Source: Eledone cirrhosa (Eukaryota). From it: a stretch of DNA of 64,000 nucleotides. Position 1 is the stretch's first letter, and the number at the start of each line of letters is the position of its first letter. The notes beneath the pieces are model-generated. The model was not told where the DNA came from. It saw nothing but the letters and a program-made list of their open reading frames with translations, and did no database searches. The position numbers and the translations under genes were made by a program. Location: NCBI GenBank assembly GCA_964016885.1, contig OZ024746.1:81158001-81222000 (forward strand), given 5' to 3'. Shown here piece after piece: positions 28,361-40,336 of this stretch.

Positions 28361-31300
28361 TATTGTCCTTGTTATTGGTCTTGTTGTTGTTCTTGTTGTT
28401 GGTCTTGTTGTTGTTCTTGTTATTGTTCTTGTTATTGGTCTTGTTGTTGTCCTTGTTATTGGTCTTGTTGTTGTCCTTGTTATTGGTCTTGTTGTTGTTC
28501 TTGTTATTGTTCTTGTTATTGGTCTTGTTGTTGTCCTTGTTATTGGTCTTGTTGTTGTCCTTGTTGTTGTCCTTGTTGTTGTTCTTGTTATTGTTCTTGT
28601 TATTGGTCTTGTTGTTGTCCTTGTTATTGGTCTTGTTGTTGTCCTTGTTATTGGTCTTGTTGTTGTTCTTGTTATTGGTCTTGTTGTTGTCCTTGTTATT
28701 GGTCTTGTTGTTGTTCTTGTTATTGTTCTTGTTATTGGTCTTGTTGTTGTTCTTGTTATTGGTCTTGTTGTTGTCCTTGTTGTTGTCCTTGTTGTTGTTC
28801 TTGTTATTGTTCTTGTTATTGGTCTTGTTGTTGTTCTTGTTATTGGTCTTGTTGTTGTCCTTGTTATTGGTCTTGTTGTTGTTCTTGTTATTGTTCTTGT
28901 TATTGGTCTTGTTGTTGTCCTTGTTATTGGTCTTGTTGTTGTTCTTGTTATTGTTCTTGTTATTGGTCTTGTTGTTGTCCTTGTTATTGGTCTTGTTGTT
29001 GTCCTTGTTGTTGTCCTTGTTGTTGTTCTTGTTATTGTTCTTGTTATTGGTCTTGTTGTTGTCCTTGTTATTGGTCTTGTTGTTGTCCTTGTTATTGGTC
29101 TTGTTGTTGTTCTTGTTATTGGTCTTGTTGTTGTCCTTGTTATTGGTCTTGTTGTTGTTCTTGTTATTGGTCTTGTTGTTGTTCTTGTTATTGTTCTTGT
29201 TATTGGTCTTGTTGTTGTCCTTGTTATTGGTCTTGTTGTTGTCCTTGTTATTGGTCTTGTTGTTGTTCTTGTTATTGTTCTTGTTATTGGTCTTGTTGTT
29301 GTCCTTGTTATTGGTCTTGTTGTTGTCCTTGTTATTGGTCTTGTTGTTGTTCTTGTTATTGTTCTTGTTATTGGTCTTGTTGTTGTCCTTGTTATTGGTC
29401 TTGTTGTTGTCCTTGTTATTGGTCTTGTTGTTGTTCTTGTTATTGTTCTTGTTATTGGTCTTGTTGTTGTCCTTGTTGTTGTCCTTGTTATTGGTCTTGT
29501 TGTTGTTCTTGTTATTGTTCTTGTTATTGGTCTTGTTGTTGTCCTTGTTATTGGTCTTGTTGTTGTCCTTGTTATTGGTCTTGTTGTTGTTCTTGTTATT
29601 GTTCTTGTTATTGGTCTTGTTGTTGTCCTTGTTATTGGTTTTGTTGTTGTTCTTGTTATTGTTCTTGTTATTGGTCTTGTTGTTGTCCTTGTTATTGGTC
29701 TTGTTGTTGTCCTTGTTGTTGTCCTTGTTGTTGTTCTTGTTATTGTTCTTGTTATTGGTCTTGTTGTTGTTCTTGTTATTGGTCTTGTTGTTGTCCTTGT
29801 TATTGGTCTTGTTGTTGTTCTTGTTATTGTTCTTGTTATTGGTCTTGTTGTTGTCCTTGTTATTGGTCTTGTTGTTGTCCTTGTTGTTGTCCTTGTTGTT
29901 GTTCTTGTTATTGTTCTTGTTATTGGTCTTGTTGTTGTCCTTGTTATTGGTCTTGTTGTTGTCCTTGTTATTGGTCTTGTTGTTGTTCTTGTTATTGGTC
30001 TTGTTGTTGTCCTTGTTATTGGTCTTGTTGTTGTTCTTGTTATTGTTCTTGTTATTGGTCTTGTTGTTGTCCTTGTTATTGGTCTTGTTGTTGTCCTTGT
30101 TATTGGTCTTGTTGTTGTTCTTGTTATTGTTCTTGTTATTGGTCTTGTTGTTGTCCTTGTTATTGGTTTTGTTGTTGTTCTTGTTATTGTTCTTGTTATT
30201 GGTCTTGTTGTTGTCCTTGTTATTGGTCTTGTTGTTGTCCTTGTTGTTGTCCTTGTTGTTGTTCTTGTTATTGTTCTTGTTATTGGTCTTGTTGTTGTTC
30301 TTGTTATTGGTCTTGTTGTTGTCCTTGTTATTGGTCTTGTTGTTGTTCTTGTTATTGTTCTTGTTATTGGTCTTGTTGTTGTCCTTGTTATTGGTCTTGT
30401 TGTTGTCCTTGTTATTGGTCTTGTTGTTGTTCTTGTTATTGTTCTTGTTATTGGTCTTGTTGTTGTCCTTGTTATTGGTTTTGTTGTTGTTCTTGTTATT
30501 GTTCTTGTTATTGGTCTTGTTGTTGTCCTTGTTATTGGTCTTGTTGTTGTCCTTGTTATTGGTCTTGTTGTTGTCCTTGTTATTGGTCTTGTTGTTGTTC
30601 TTGTTATTGTTCTTGTTATTGTTCTTGTTATTGGTCTTGTTGTTGTCCTTGTTATTGGTCTTGTTGTTGTCCTTGTTATTGGTCTTGTTGTTGTTCTTGT
30701 TATTGTTCTTGTTATTGGTCTTGTTGTTGTCCTTGTTATTGGTCTTGTTGTTGTTCTTGTTATTGTTCTTGTTATTGGTCTTGTTGTTGTCCTTGTTATT
30801 GGTCTTGTTGTTGTCCTTGTTATTGGTCTTGTTGTTGTTCTTGTTATTGGTCTTGTTGTTGTCCTTGTTATTGGTCTTGTTGTTGTTCTTGTTATTGTTC
30901 TTGTTATTGGTCTTGTTGTTGTCCTTGTTATTGGTCTTGTTGTTGTCCTTGTTATTGGTCTTGTTGTTGTTCTTGTTATTGGTCTTGTTGTTGTTCTTGT
31001 TATTGTTCTTGTTATTGGTCTTGTTGTTGTCCTTGTTATTGGTCTTGTTGTTGTTCTTGTTATTGGTCTTGTTGTTGTTCTTGTTATTGGTCTTGTTATT
31101 GGTCTTGTTGTTGTTCTTGTTATTGGTCTTGTTATTGGTCTTGTTGTTGTTCTTGTTATTGGTCTTGTTGTTGTTCTTGTTATTGTTCTTGTTATTGGTC
31201 TTGTTATTGGTCTTGTTGTTGTTCTTGTTATTGGTCTTGTTGTTGTTCTTGTTATTGGTCTTGTTGTTGTTCTTGTTATTGGTCTTGTTGTTGTTCTTGT

Positions 31301-34300
31301 TATTGGTCTTGTTGTTGTTCTTGTTATTGGTCTTGTTGTTGTTCTTGTTATTGGTCTTGTTGTTGTTCTTGTTATTGGTCTTGTTGTTGTTCTTGTTATT
31401 GGTCTTGTTATTGGTCTTGTTGTTGTTCTTGTTATTGGTCTTGTTGTTGTTCTTGTTATTGGTCTTGTTGTTGTTCTTGTTATTGGTCTTGTTGTTGTTC
31501 TTGTTATTGGTCTTGTTATTGGTCTTGTTGTTGTTCTTGTTATTGGTCTTGTTGTTGTTCTTGTTATTGGTCTTGTTGTTGTTCTTGTTATTGGTCTTGT
31601 TGTTGTTCTTGTTATTGGTCTTGTTGTTGTCCTTGTTATTGGTCTTGTTATTGGTCTTGTTGTTGTCCTTGTTATTGGTCTTGTTGTTGTTCTTGTTATT
31701 GGTCTTGTTGTTGTTCTTGTTATTGGTCTTGTTGTTGTCCTTGTTATTGGTCTTGTTATTGGTCTTGTTGTTGTCCTTGTTATTGGTCTTGTTGTTGTTC
31801 TTGTTATTGGTCTTGTTGTTGTTCTTGTTATTGGTCTTGTTATTGGTCTTGTTGTTGTTCTTGTTATTGGTCTTGTTGTTGTTCTTGTTATTGGTCTTGT
31901 TGTTGTTCTTGTTATTGGTCTTGTTGTTGTTCTTGTTATTGGTCTTGTTATTGGTCTTGTTGTTGTTCTTGTTATTGGTCTTGTTATTGGTCTTGTTGTT
32001 GTCCTTGTTATTGGTCTTGTTGTTGTTCTTGTTATTGTTCTTGTTATTGGTCTTGTTGTTGTCCTTGTTATTGGTCTTGTTGTTGTCCTTGTTATTGGTC
32101 TTGTTGTTGTTCTTGTTATTGGTCTTGTTGTTGTTCTTGTTATTGTTCTTGTTATTGGTCTTGTTGTTGTCCTTGTTATTGGTCTTGTTGTTGTTCTTGT
32201 TATTGGTCTTGTTGTTGTTCTTGTTATTGGTCTTGTTATTGGTCTTGTTGTTGTTCTTGTTATTGGTCTTGTTGTTGTCCTTGTTATTGGTCTTGTTGTT
32301 GTCCTTGTTATTGGTCTTGTTGTTGTTCTTGTTATTGGTCTTGTTGTTGTTCTTGTTATTGTTCTTGTTATTGGTCTTGTTGTTGTCCTTGTTATTGGTC
32401 TTGTTGTTGTTCTTGTTATTGTTCTTGTTATTGGTCTTGTTGTTGTCCTTGTTATTGGTCTTGTTGTTGTTCTTGTTATTGGTCTTGTTGTTGTCCTTGT
32501 TATTGGTCTTGTTGTTGTCCTTGTTATTGGTCTTGTTGTTGTTCTTGTTATTGGTCTTGTTGTTGTTCTTGTTATTGTTCTTGTTATTGGTCTTGTTGTT
32601 GTCCTTGTTATTGGTCTTGTTGTTGTTCTTGTTATTGTTCTTGTTATTGGTCTTGTTGTTGTCCTTGTTATTGGTCTTGTTGTTGTCCTTGTTATTGGTC
32701 TTGTTGTTGTTCTTGTTATTGGTCTTGTTGTTGTCCTTGTTATTGGTCTTGTTGTTGTTCTTGTTATTGTTCTTGTTATTGGTCTTGTTGTTGTCCTTGT
32801 TATTGGTCTTGTTGTTGTTCTTGTTATTGTTCTTGTTATTGGTCTTGTTGTTGTCCTTGTTATTGGTCTTGTTGTTGTCCTTGTTATTGGTCTTGTTGTT
32901 GTTCTTGTTATTGTTCTTGTTATTGGTCTTGTTGTTGTCCTTGTTATTGGTCTTGTTGTTGTTCTTGTTATTGTTCTTGTTATTGGTCTTGTTGTTGTCC
33001 TTGTTATTGGTCTTGTTGTTGTCCTTGTTATTGGTCTTGTTGTTGTCCTTGTTATTGGTCTTGTTGTTGTCCTTGTTATTGGTCTTGTTGTTGTTCTTGT
33101 TATTGTTCTTGTTATTGTTCTTGTTATTGGTCTTGTTGTTGTCCTTGTTATTGGTCTTGTTGTTGTCCTTGTTATTGGTCTTGTTGTTGTTCTTGTTATT
33201 GGTCTTGTTGTTGTCCTTGTTATTGGTCTTGTTGTTGTTCTTGTTATTGTTCTTGTTATTGGTCTTGTTGTTGTTCTTGTTATTGTTCTTGTTATTGGTC
33301 TTGTTGTTGTTCTTGTTATTGGTCTTGTTGTTGGTCTTGTTGTTGTCCTTGTTATTGGTCTTGTTGTTGTCCTTGTTATTGGTCTTGTTGTTGTTCTTGT
33401 TATTGTTCTTGTTATTGGTCTTGTTGTTGTTCTTGTTATTGTTCTTGTTATTGGTCTTGTTGTTGTCCTTGTTATTGGTCTTGTTGTTGTCCTTGTTATT
33501 GGTCTTGTTGTTGTCCTTGTTATTGGTCTTGTTGTTGTCCTTGTTATTGGTCTTGTTGTTGTTCTTGTTATTGTTCTTGTTATTGGTCTTGTTGTTGTTC
33601 TTGTTATTGTTCTTGTTATTGTTCTTGTTATTGGTCTTGTTGTTGTCCTTGTTATTGGTCTTGTTGTTGTTCTTGTTATTGTTCTTGTTATTGTTCTTGT
33701 TGTTGGTCTTGTTGTTGTCCTTGTTATTGGTCTTGTTATTGTTCTTGTTATTGGTCTTGTTGTTGTCCTTGTTATTGGTCTTGTTGTTGTTCTTGTTATT
33801 GGTCTTGTTGTTGTTCTTGTTATTGGTCTTGTTGTTGTCCTTGTTATTGGTCTTGTTGTTGTTCTTGTTATTGGTCTTGTTGTTGTTCTTGTTATTGGTC
33901 TTGTTGTTGTCCTTGTTATTGGTCTTGTTATTGTTCTTGTTATTGGTCTTGTTGTTGTCCTTGTTATTGGTCTTGTTGTTGTCCTTGTTATTGGTCTTGT
34001 TGTTGTTCTTGTTATTGGTCTTGTTGTTGTCCTTGTTATTGGTCTTGTTGTTGTCCTTGTTATTGGTCTTGTTGTTGTTCTTGTTATTGGTCTTGTTGTT
34101 GTCCTTGTTATTGGTCTTGTTATTGTTCTTGTTATTGGTCTTGTTGTTGTCCTTGTTATTGGTCTTGTTGTTGTCCTTGTTATTGGTCTTGTTGTTGTTC
34201 TTGTTATTGGTCTTGTTGTTGTCCTTGTTATTGGTCTTGTTGTTGTCCTTGTTATTGGTCTTGTTGTTGTTCTTGTTATTGGTCTTGTTGTTGTCCTTGT

Positions 34301-37300
34301 TATTGGTCTTGTTATTGTTCTTGTTATTGGTCTTGTTGTTGTCCTTGTTATTGGTCTTGTTATTGTTCTTGTTATTGGTCTTGTTGTTGTCCTTGTTATT
34401 GGTCTTGTTGTTGTCCTTGTTATTGGTCTTGTTGTTGTTCTTGTTATTGGTCTTGTTGTTGTCCTTGTTATTGGTCTTGTTGTTGTCCTTGTTATTGGTC
34501 TTGTTGTTGTTCTTGTTATTGGTCTTGTTGTTGTCCTTGTTATTGGTCTTGTTATTGTTCTTGTTATTGGTCTTGTTGTTGTCCTTGTTATTGGTCTTGT
34601 TGTTGTCCTTGTTATTGGTCTTGTTATTGTTCTTGTTATTGGTCTTGTTGTTGTCCTTGTTATTGGTCTTGTTGTTGTCCTTGTTATTGGTCTTGTTGTT
34701 GTTCTTGTTATTGGTCTTGTTGTTGTCCTTGTTATTGGTCTTGTTATTGTTCTTGTTATTGGTCTTGCTGTTGTCCTTGTTATTGGTCTTGTTGTTGTCC
34801 TTGTTATTGGTCTTGTTGTTGTCCTTGTTATTGGTCTTGTTGTTGTCCTTGTTATTGGTCTTGTTGTTGTCCTTGTTATTGGTCTTGTTGTTGTCCTTGT
34901 TATTGGTCTTGTTGTTGTTCTTGTTATTGTTCTTGTTATTGGTCTTGTTGTTGTCCTTGTTGTTGTCCTTGTTATTGGTCTTGTTGTTGTCCTTGTTATT
35001 GGTCTTGTTGTTGTTCTTGTTATTGTTCTTGTTATTGTTCTTGTTATTGGTCTTGTTGTTGTCCTTGTTATTGGTCTTGTTGTTGTCCTTGTTGTTGTCC
35101 TTGTTATTGGTCTTGTTGTTGTCCTTGTTATTGGTCTTGTTGTTGTCCTTGTTATTGGTCTTGTTGTTGTTCTTGTTATTGGTCTTGTTGTTGTCCTTGT
35201 TATTGGTCTTGTTGTTGTTCTTGTTATTGTTCTTGTTATTGTTCTTGTTATTGGTCTTGTTGTTGTCCTTGTTATTGGTCTTGTTGTTGTTCTTGTTATT
35301 GTTCTTGTTATTGTTCTTGTTATTGGTCTTGTTGTTGTCCTTGTTATTGGTCTTGTTGTTGTTCTTGTTATTGTTCTTGTTATTGTTCTTGTTATTGGTC
35401 TTGTTGTTGTCCTTGTTATTGGTCTTGTTGTTGTCCTTGTTATTGGTCTTGTTGTTGTTCTTGTTATTGGTCTTGTTGTTGTCCTTGTTATTGGTCTTGT
35501 TGTTGTTCTTGTTATTGTTCTTGTTATTGGTCTTGTTGTTGTCCTTGTTATTGGTCTTGTTGTTGTCCTTGTTATTGGTCTTGTTGTTGTCCTTGTTATT
35601 GGTCTTGTTGTTGTTCTTGTTATTGTTCTTGTTATTGGTCTTGTTGTTGTCCTTGTTGTTGTCCTTGTTATTGGTCTTGTTGTTGTTCTTGTTATTGTTC
35701 TTGTTATTGGTCTTGTTGTTGTCCTTGTTATTGGTCTTGTTGTTGTCCTTGTTATTGTTCTTGTTATTGGTCTTGTTGTTGTCCTTGTTATTGGTCTTGT
35801 TGTTGTTCTTGTTATTGTCCTTGTTATTGGTCTTGTTGTTGTTCTTGTTATTGTTCTTGTTATTGGTCTTGTTGTTGTCCTTGTTATTGGTCTTGTTGTT
35901 GTCCTTGTTATTGGTCTTGTTGTTGTTCTTGTTATTGTCCTTGTTATTGGTCTTGTTGTTGTCCTTGTTATTGGTCTTGTTGTTGTTCTTGTTATTGTTC
36001 TTGTTATTGGTCTTGTTGTTGTCCTTGTTGTTGTCCTTGTTATTGGTCTTGTTGTTGTTCTTGTTATTGTTCTTGTTATTGGTCTTGTTGTTGTCCTTGT
36101 TATTGGTCTTGTTGTTGTCCTTGTTGTTGTCCTTGTTATTGGTCTTGTTGTTGTTCTTGTTATTGTTCTTGTTATTGGTCTTGTTGTTGTCCTTGTTATT
36201 GGTCTTGTTGTTGTTCTTGTTATTGGTCTTGTTGTTGTCCTTGTTATTGGTCTTGTTATTGTTCTTGTTATTGGTCTTGTTGTTGTCCTTGTTATTGGTC
36301 TTGTTGTTGTCCTTGTTGTTGTCCTTGTTATTGGTCTTGTTGTTGTTCTTGTTATTGTTCTTGTTATTGGTCTTGTTGTTGTCCTTGTTATTGGTCTTGT
36401 TGTTGTTCTTGTTATTGGTCTTGTTGTTGTCCTTGTTATTGGTCTTGTTATTGTTCTTGTTATTGGTCTTGTTGTTGTCCTTGTTATTGGTCTTGTTGTT
36501 GTCCTTGTTGTTGTCCTTGTTATTGGTCTTGTTGTTGTTCTTGTTATTGTTCTTGTTATTGGTCTTGTTGTTGTCCTTGTTATTGGTCTTGTTGTTGTCC
36601 TTGTTGTTGTCCTTGTTATTGGTCTTGTTGTTGTTCTTGTTATTGTTCTTGTTATTGGTCTTGTTGTTGTCCTTGTTATTGGTCTTGTTGTTGTTCTTGT
36701 TATTGGTCTTGTTGTTGTTCTTGTTATTGTTCTTGTTGTTGTTCTTGTTATTGGTCTTGTTGTTGTCCTTGTTATTGGTCTTGTTGTTGTCCTTGTTATT
36801 GGTCTTGTTGTTGTCCTTGTTATTGGTCTTGTTGTTGTCCTTGTTATTGGTCTTGTTGTTGTTCTTGTTATTGTTCTTGTTGTTGTTCTTGTTATTGGTC
36901 TTGTTGTTGTCCTTGTTATTGGTCTTGTTGTTGTCCTTGTTATTGGTCTTGTTGTTGTCCTTGTTATTGGTCTTGTTGTTGTTCTTGTTATTGTTCTTGT
37001 TGTTGTTCTTGTTATTGGTCTTGTTGTTGTCCTTGTTATTGGTCTTGTTGTTGTCCTTGTTATTGGTCTTGTTGTTGTCCTTGTTATTGGTCTTGTTGTT
37101 GTCCTTGTTATTGGTCTTGTTGTTGTCCTTGTTATTGTTCTTGTTGTTGTTCTTGTTATTGGTCTTGTTGTTGTTCTTGTTATTGGTCTTGTTGTTGTCC
37201 TTGTTATTGGTCTTGTTGTTGTCCTTGTTATTGGTCTTGTTGTTGTCCTTGTTATTGGTCTTGTTGTTGTTCTTGTTATTGTTCTTGTTGTTGTTCTTGT

Positions 37301-40285
37301 TATTGGTCTTGTTGTTGTCCTTGTTATTGGTCTTGTTGTTGTCCTTGTTATTGGTCTTGTTGTTGTCCTTGTTATTGGTCTTGTTGTTGTTCTTGTTATT
37401 GGTCTTGTTGTTGTCCTTGTTATTGGTCTTGTTGTTGTCCTTGTTATTGGTCTTGTTGTTGTCCTTGTTATTGGTCTTGTTGTTGTTCTTGTTATTGGTC
37501 TTGTTGTTGTCCTTGTTATTGGTCTTGTTGTTGTTCTTGTTATTGGTCTTGTTGTTGTCCTTGTTATTGGTCTTGTTGTTGTCCTTGTTGTTGTTCTTGT
37601 TATTGTTCTTGTTATTGGTCTTGTTGTTGTCCTTGTTATTGGTCTTGTTGTTGTTCTTGTTATTGTTCTTGTTATTGGTCTTGTTGTTGTCCTTGTTATT
37701 GGTCTTGTTGTTGTCCTTGTTATTGGTCTTGTTGTTGTTCTTGTTATTGTTCTTGTTATTGGTCTTGTTGTTGTCCTTGTTATTGGTCTTGTTGTTGTCC
37801 TTGTTATTGGTCTTGTTGTTGTTCTTGTTATTGTTCTTGTTATTGGTCTTGTTGTTGTCCTTGTTATTGGTCTTGTTGTTGTCCTTGTTATTGGTCTTGT
37901 TGTTGTTCTTGTTATTGTTCTTGTTATTGGTCTTGTTGTTGTCCTTGTTATTGGTCTTGTTGTTGTTCTTGTTATTGTTCTTGTTATTGGTCTTGTTGTT
38001 GTCCTTGTTATTGGTCTTGTTGTTGTCCTTGTTGTTGTCCTTGTTATTGGTCTTGTTGTTGTTCTTGTTATTGTTCTTGTTATTGGTCTTGTTGTTGTCC
38101 TTGTTATTGGTCTTGTTGTTGTCCTTGTTATTGGTCTTGTTGTTGTTCTTGTTATTGTTCTTGTTATTGGTCTTGTTGTTGTCCTTGTTATTGGTCTTGT
38201 TGTTGTCCTTGTTATTGGTCTTGTTGTTGTTCTTGTTATTGTTCTTGTTATTGGTCTTGTTGTTGTCCTTGTTATTGGTCTTGTTGTTGTTCTTGTTATT
38301 GTTCTTGTTATTGGTCTTGTTGTTGTCCTTGTTATTGGTCTTGTTGTTGTTCTTGTTATTGTTCTTGTTATTGGTCTTGTTGTTGTTCTTGTTATTGGTC
38401 TTGTTGTTGTCCTTGTTATTGGTCTTGTTGTTGTTCTTGTTATTGTTCTTGTTATTGGTCTTGTTGTTGTCCTTGTTATTGGTCTTGTTGTTGTCCTTGT
38501 TATTGGTCTTGTTGTTGTTCTTGTTATTGTTCTTGTTATTGGTCTTGTTGTTGTCCTTGTTATTGGTCTTGTTGTTGTCCTTGTTGTTGTCCTTGTTATT
38601 GGTCTTGTTGTTGTTCTTGTTATTGTTCTTGTTATTGGTCTTGTTGTTGTCCTTGTTATTGGTCTTGTTGTTGTTCTTGTTATTGTTCTTGTTATTGGTC
38701 TTGTTGTTGTCCTTGTTATTGGTCTTGTTGTTGTTCTTGTTATTGTTCTTGTTATTGGTCTTGTTGTTGTCCTTGTTATTGGTCTTGTTGTTGTCCTTGT
38801 TGTTGGTCTTGTTGTTGTCCTTGTTGTTGTCCTTGTTATTGGTCTTGTTGTTGTTCTTGTTATTGTTCTTGTTATTGGTCTTGTTGTTGTCCTTGTTATT
38901 GGTCTTGTTGTTGTCCTTGTTGTTGTCCTTGTTATTGGTCTTGTTGTTGTTCTTGTTATTGTTCTTGTTATTGGTCTTGTTGTTGTCCTTGTTATTGGAC
39001 TTGTTGTTGTCCTTGTTGTTGGTCTTGTTGTTGGTCTTGTTGTTGTTCTTGTTATTGGTCTTATTGTTGTTCTTGTTGTTGGTCTTGTTGTTGTTCTTGT
39101 TGTTGTCCTTGTTATTGGACTTGTTGTTGTCCTTGTTATTGGACTTGTTGTTGTCCTTGTTGTTGGTCTTGTTATTGGTCTTGTTGTTGTTCTTGTTATT
39201 GGTCTTATTGTTGTTCTTGTTGTTGGTCTTGTTGTTGTTCTTGTTGTTGTCCTTGTTATTGGACTTGTTGTTGTCCTTGTTATTGGACTTGTTGTTGTCC
39301 TTGTTGTTGGTCTTGTTATTGGTCTTGTTGTTGTTCTTGTTATTGGTCTTGTTGTTGTCCTTGTTATTGGTCTTGTTGTTGTTCTTGTTGTTGGTCTTGT
39401 TGTTGTTCTTGTTGTTGTCCTTGTTATTGGTCTTGTTGTTGTCCTTGTTATTGGTCTTATTGTTGTTCTTGTTGTTGGTCTTGTTGTTGTTCTTGTTGTT
39501 GTCCTTGTTATTGGTCTTGTTGTTGTCCTTGTTATTGGTCTTATTGTTGTTCTTGTTGTTGGTCTTGTTGTTGTTCTTGTTGTTGGTCTTGTTGTTGTTC
39601 TTGTTGTTGTCCTTGTTATTGGTCTTGTTGTTGTCCTTGTTATTGGTCTTATTGTTGTTCTTGTTGTTGGTCTTGTTGTTGTTCTTGTTGTTGTCCTTGT
39701 TATTGGACTTGTTGTTGTCCTTGTTGTTGGTCTTGTTATTGGTCTTGTTGTTGTTCTTGTTATTGGTCTTGTTGTTGTCCTTGTTATTGGTCTTGTTGTT
39801 GTCCTTGTTGTTGTCCTTGTTATTGGACTTGTTGTTGTCCTTGTTGTTGGTCTTGTTATTGGTCTTGTTGTTGTTCTTGTTATTGGTCTTATTGTTGTTC
39901 TTGTTGTTGGTCTTGTTGTTGTTCTTGTTGTTGGTCTTGTTGTTGTTCTTGTTATTGGTCTTATTGTTGTTCTTGTTGTTGGTCTTGTTGTTGTTCTTGT
40001 TGTTGGTCTTGTTGTTGTTCTTGTTATTGGTCTTATTGTTGTTCTTGTTGTTGGTCTTGTTGTTGTTCTTGTTGTTGGTCTTGTTGTTGTTCTTGTTATT
40101 GGTCTTATTGTTGTTCTTGTTGTTGGTCTTGTTGTTGTTCTTGTTGTTGGTCTTGTTGTTGTTCTTGTTATTGGTCTTATTGTTGTTCTTGTTGTTGGTC
40201 TTGTTGTTGTCCTTGTTATTGGTCTTGTTGTTGTTCTTGTTGTTGGTCTTGTTGTTGTCCTTGTTATTGGTCTTGTTGTTGTTCT
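28361..40285. repeat. ~11.9 kb 12-bp satellite (variants CTTGTTATTGGT / CTTGTTGTTGTC / CTTGTTGTTGTT / CTTGTTATTGTT; loose 24-bp alternation)
   Basis: Every 60-nt line begins in the same register, so roughly 990 units are in phase with no visible indel. Confidence 0.97.
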
Positions 40286-40336
40286 TTCCAATGACGATGT
40301 CGGCAATGGTATTGCTGGTTGTGGCGAAGACACTCT

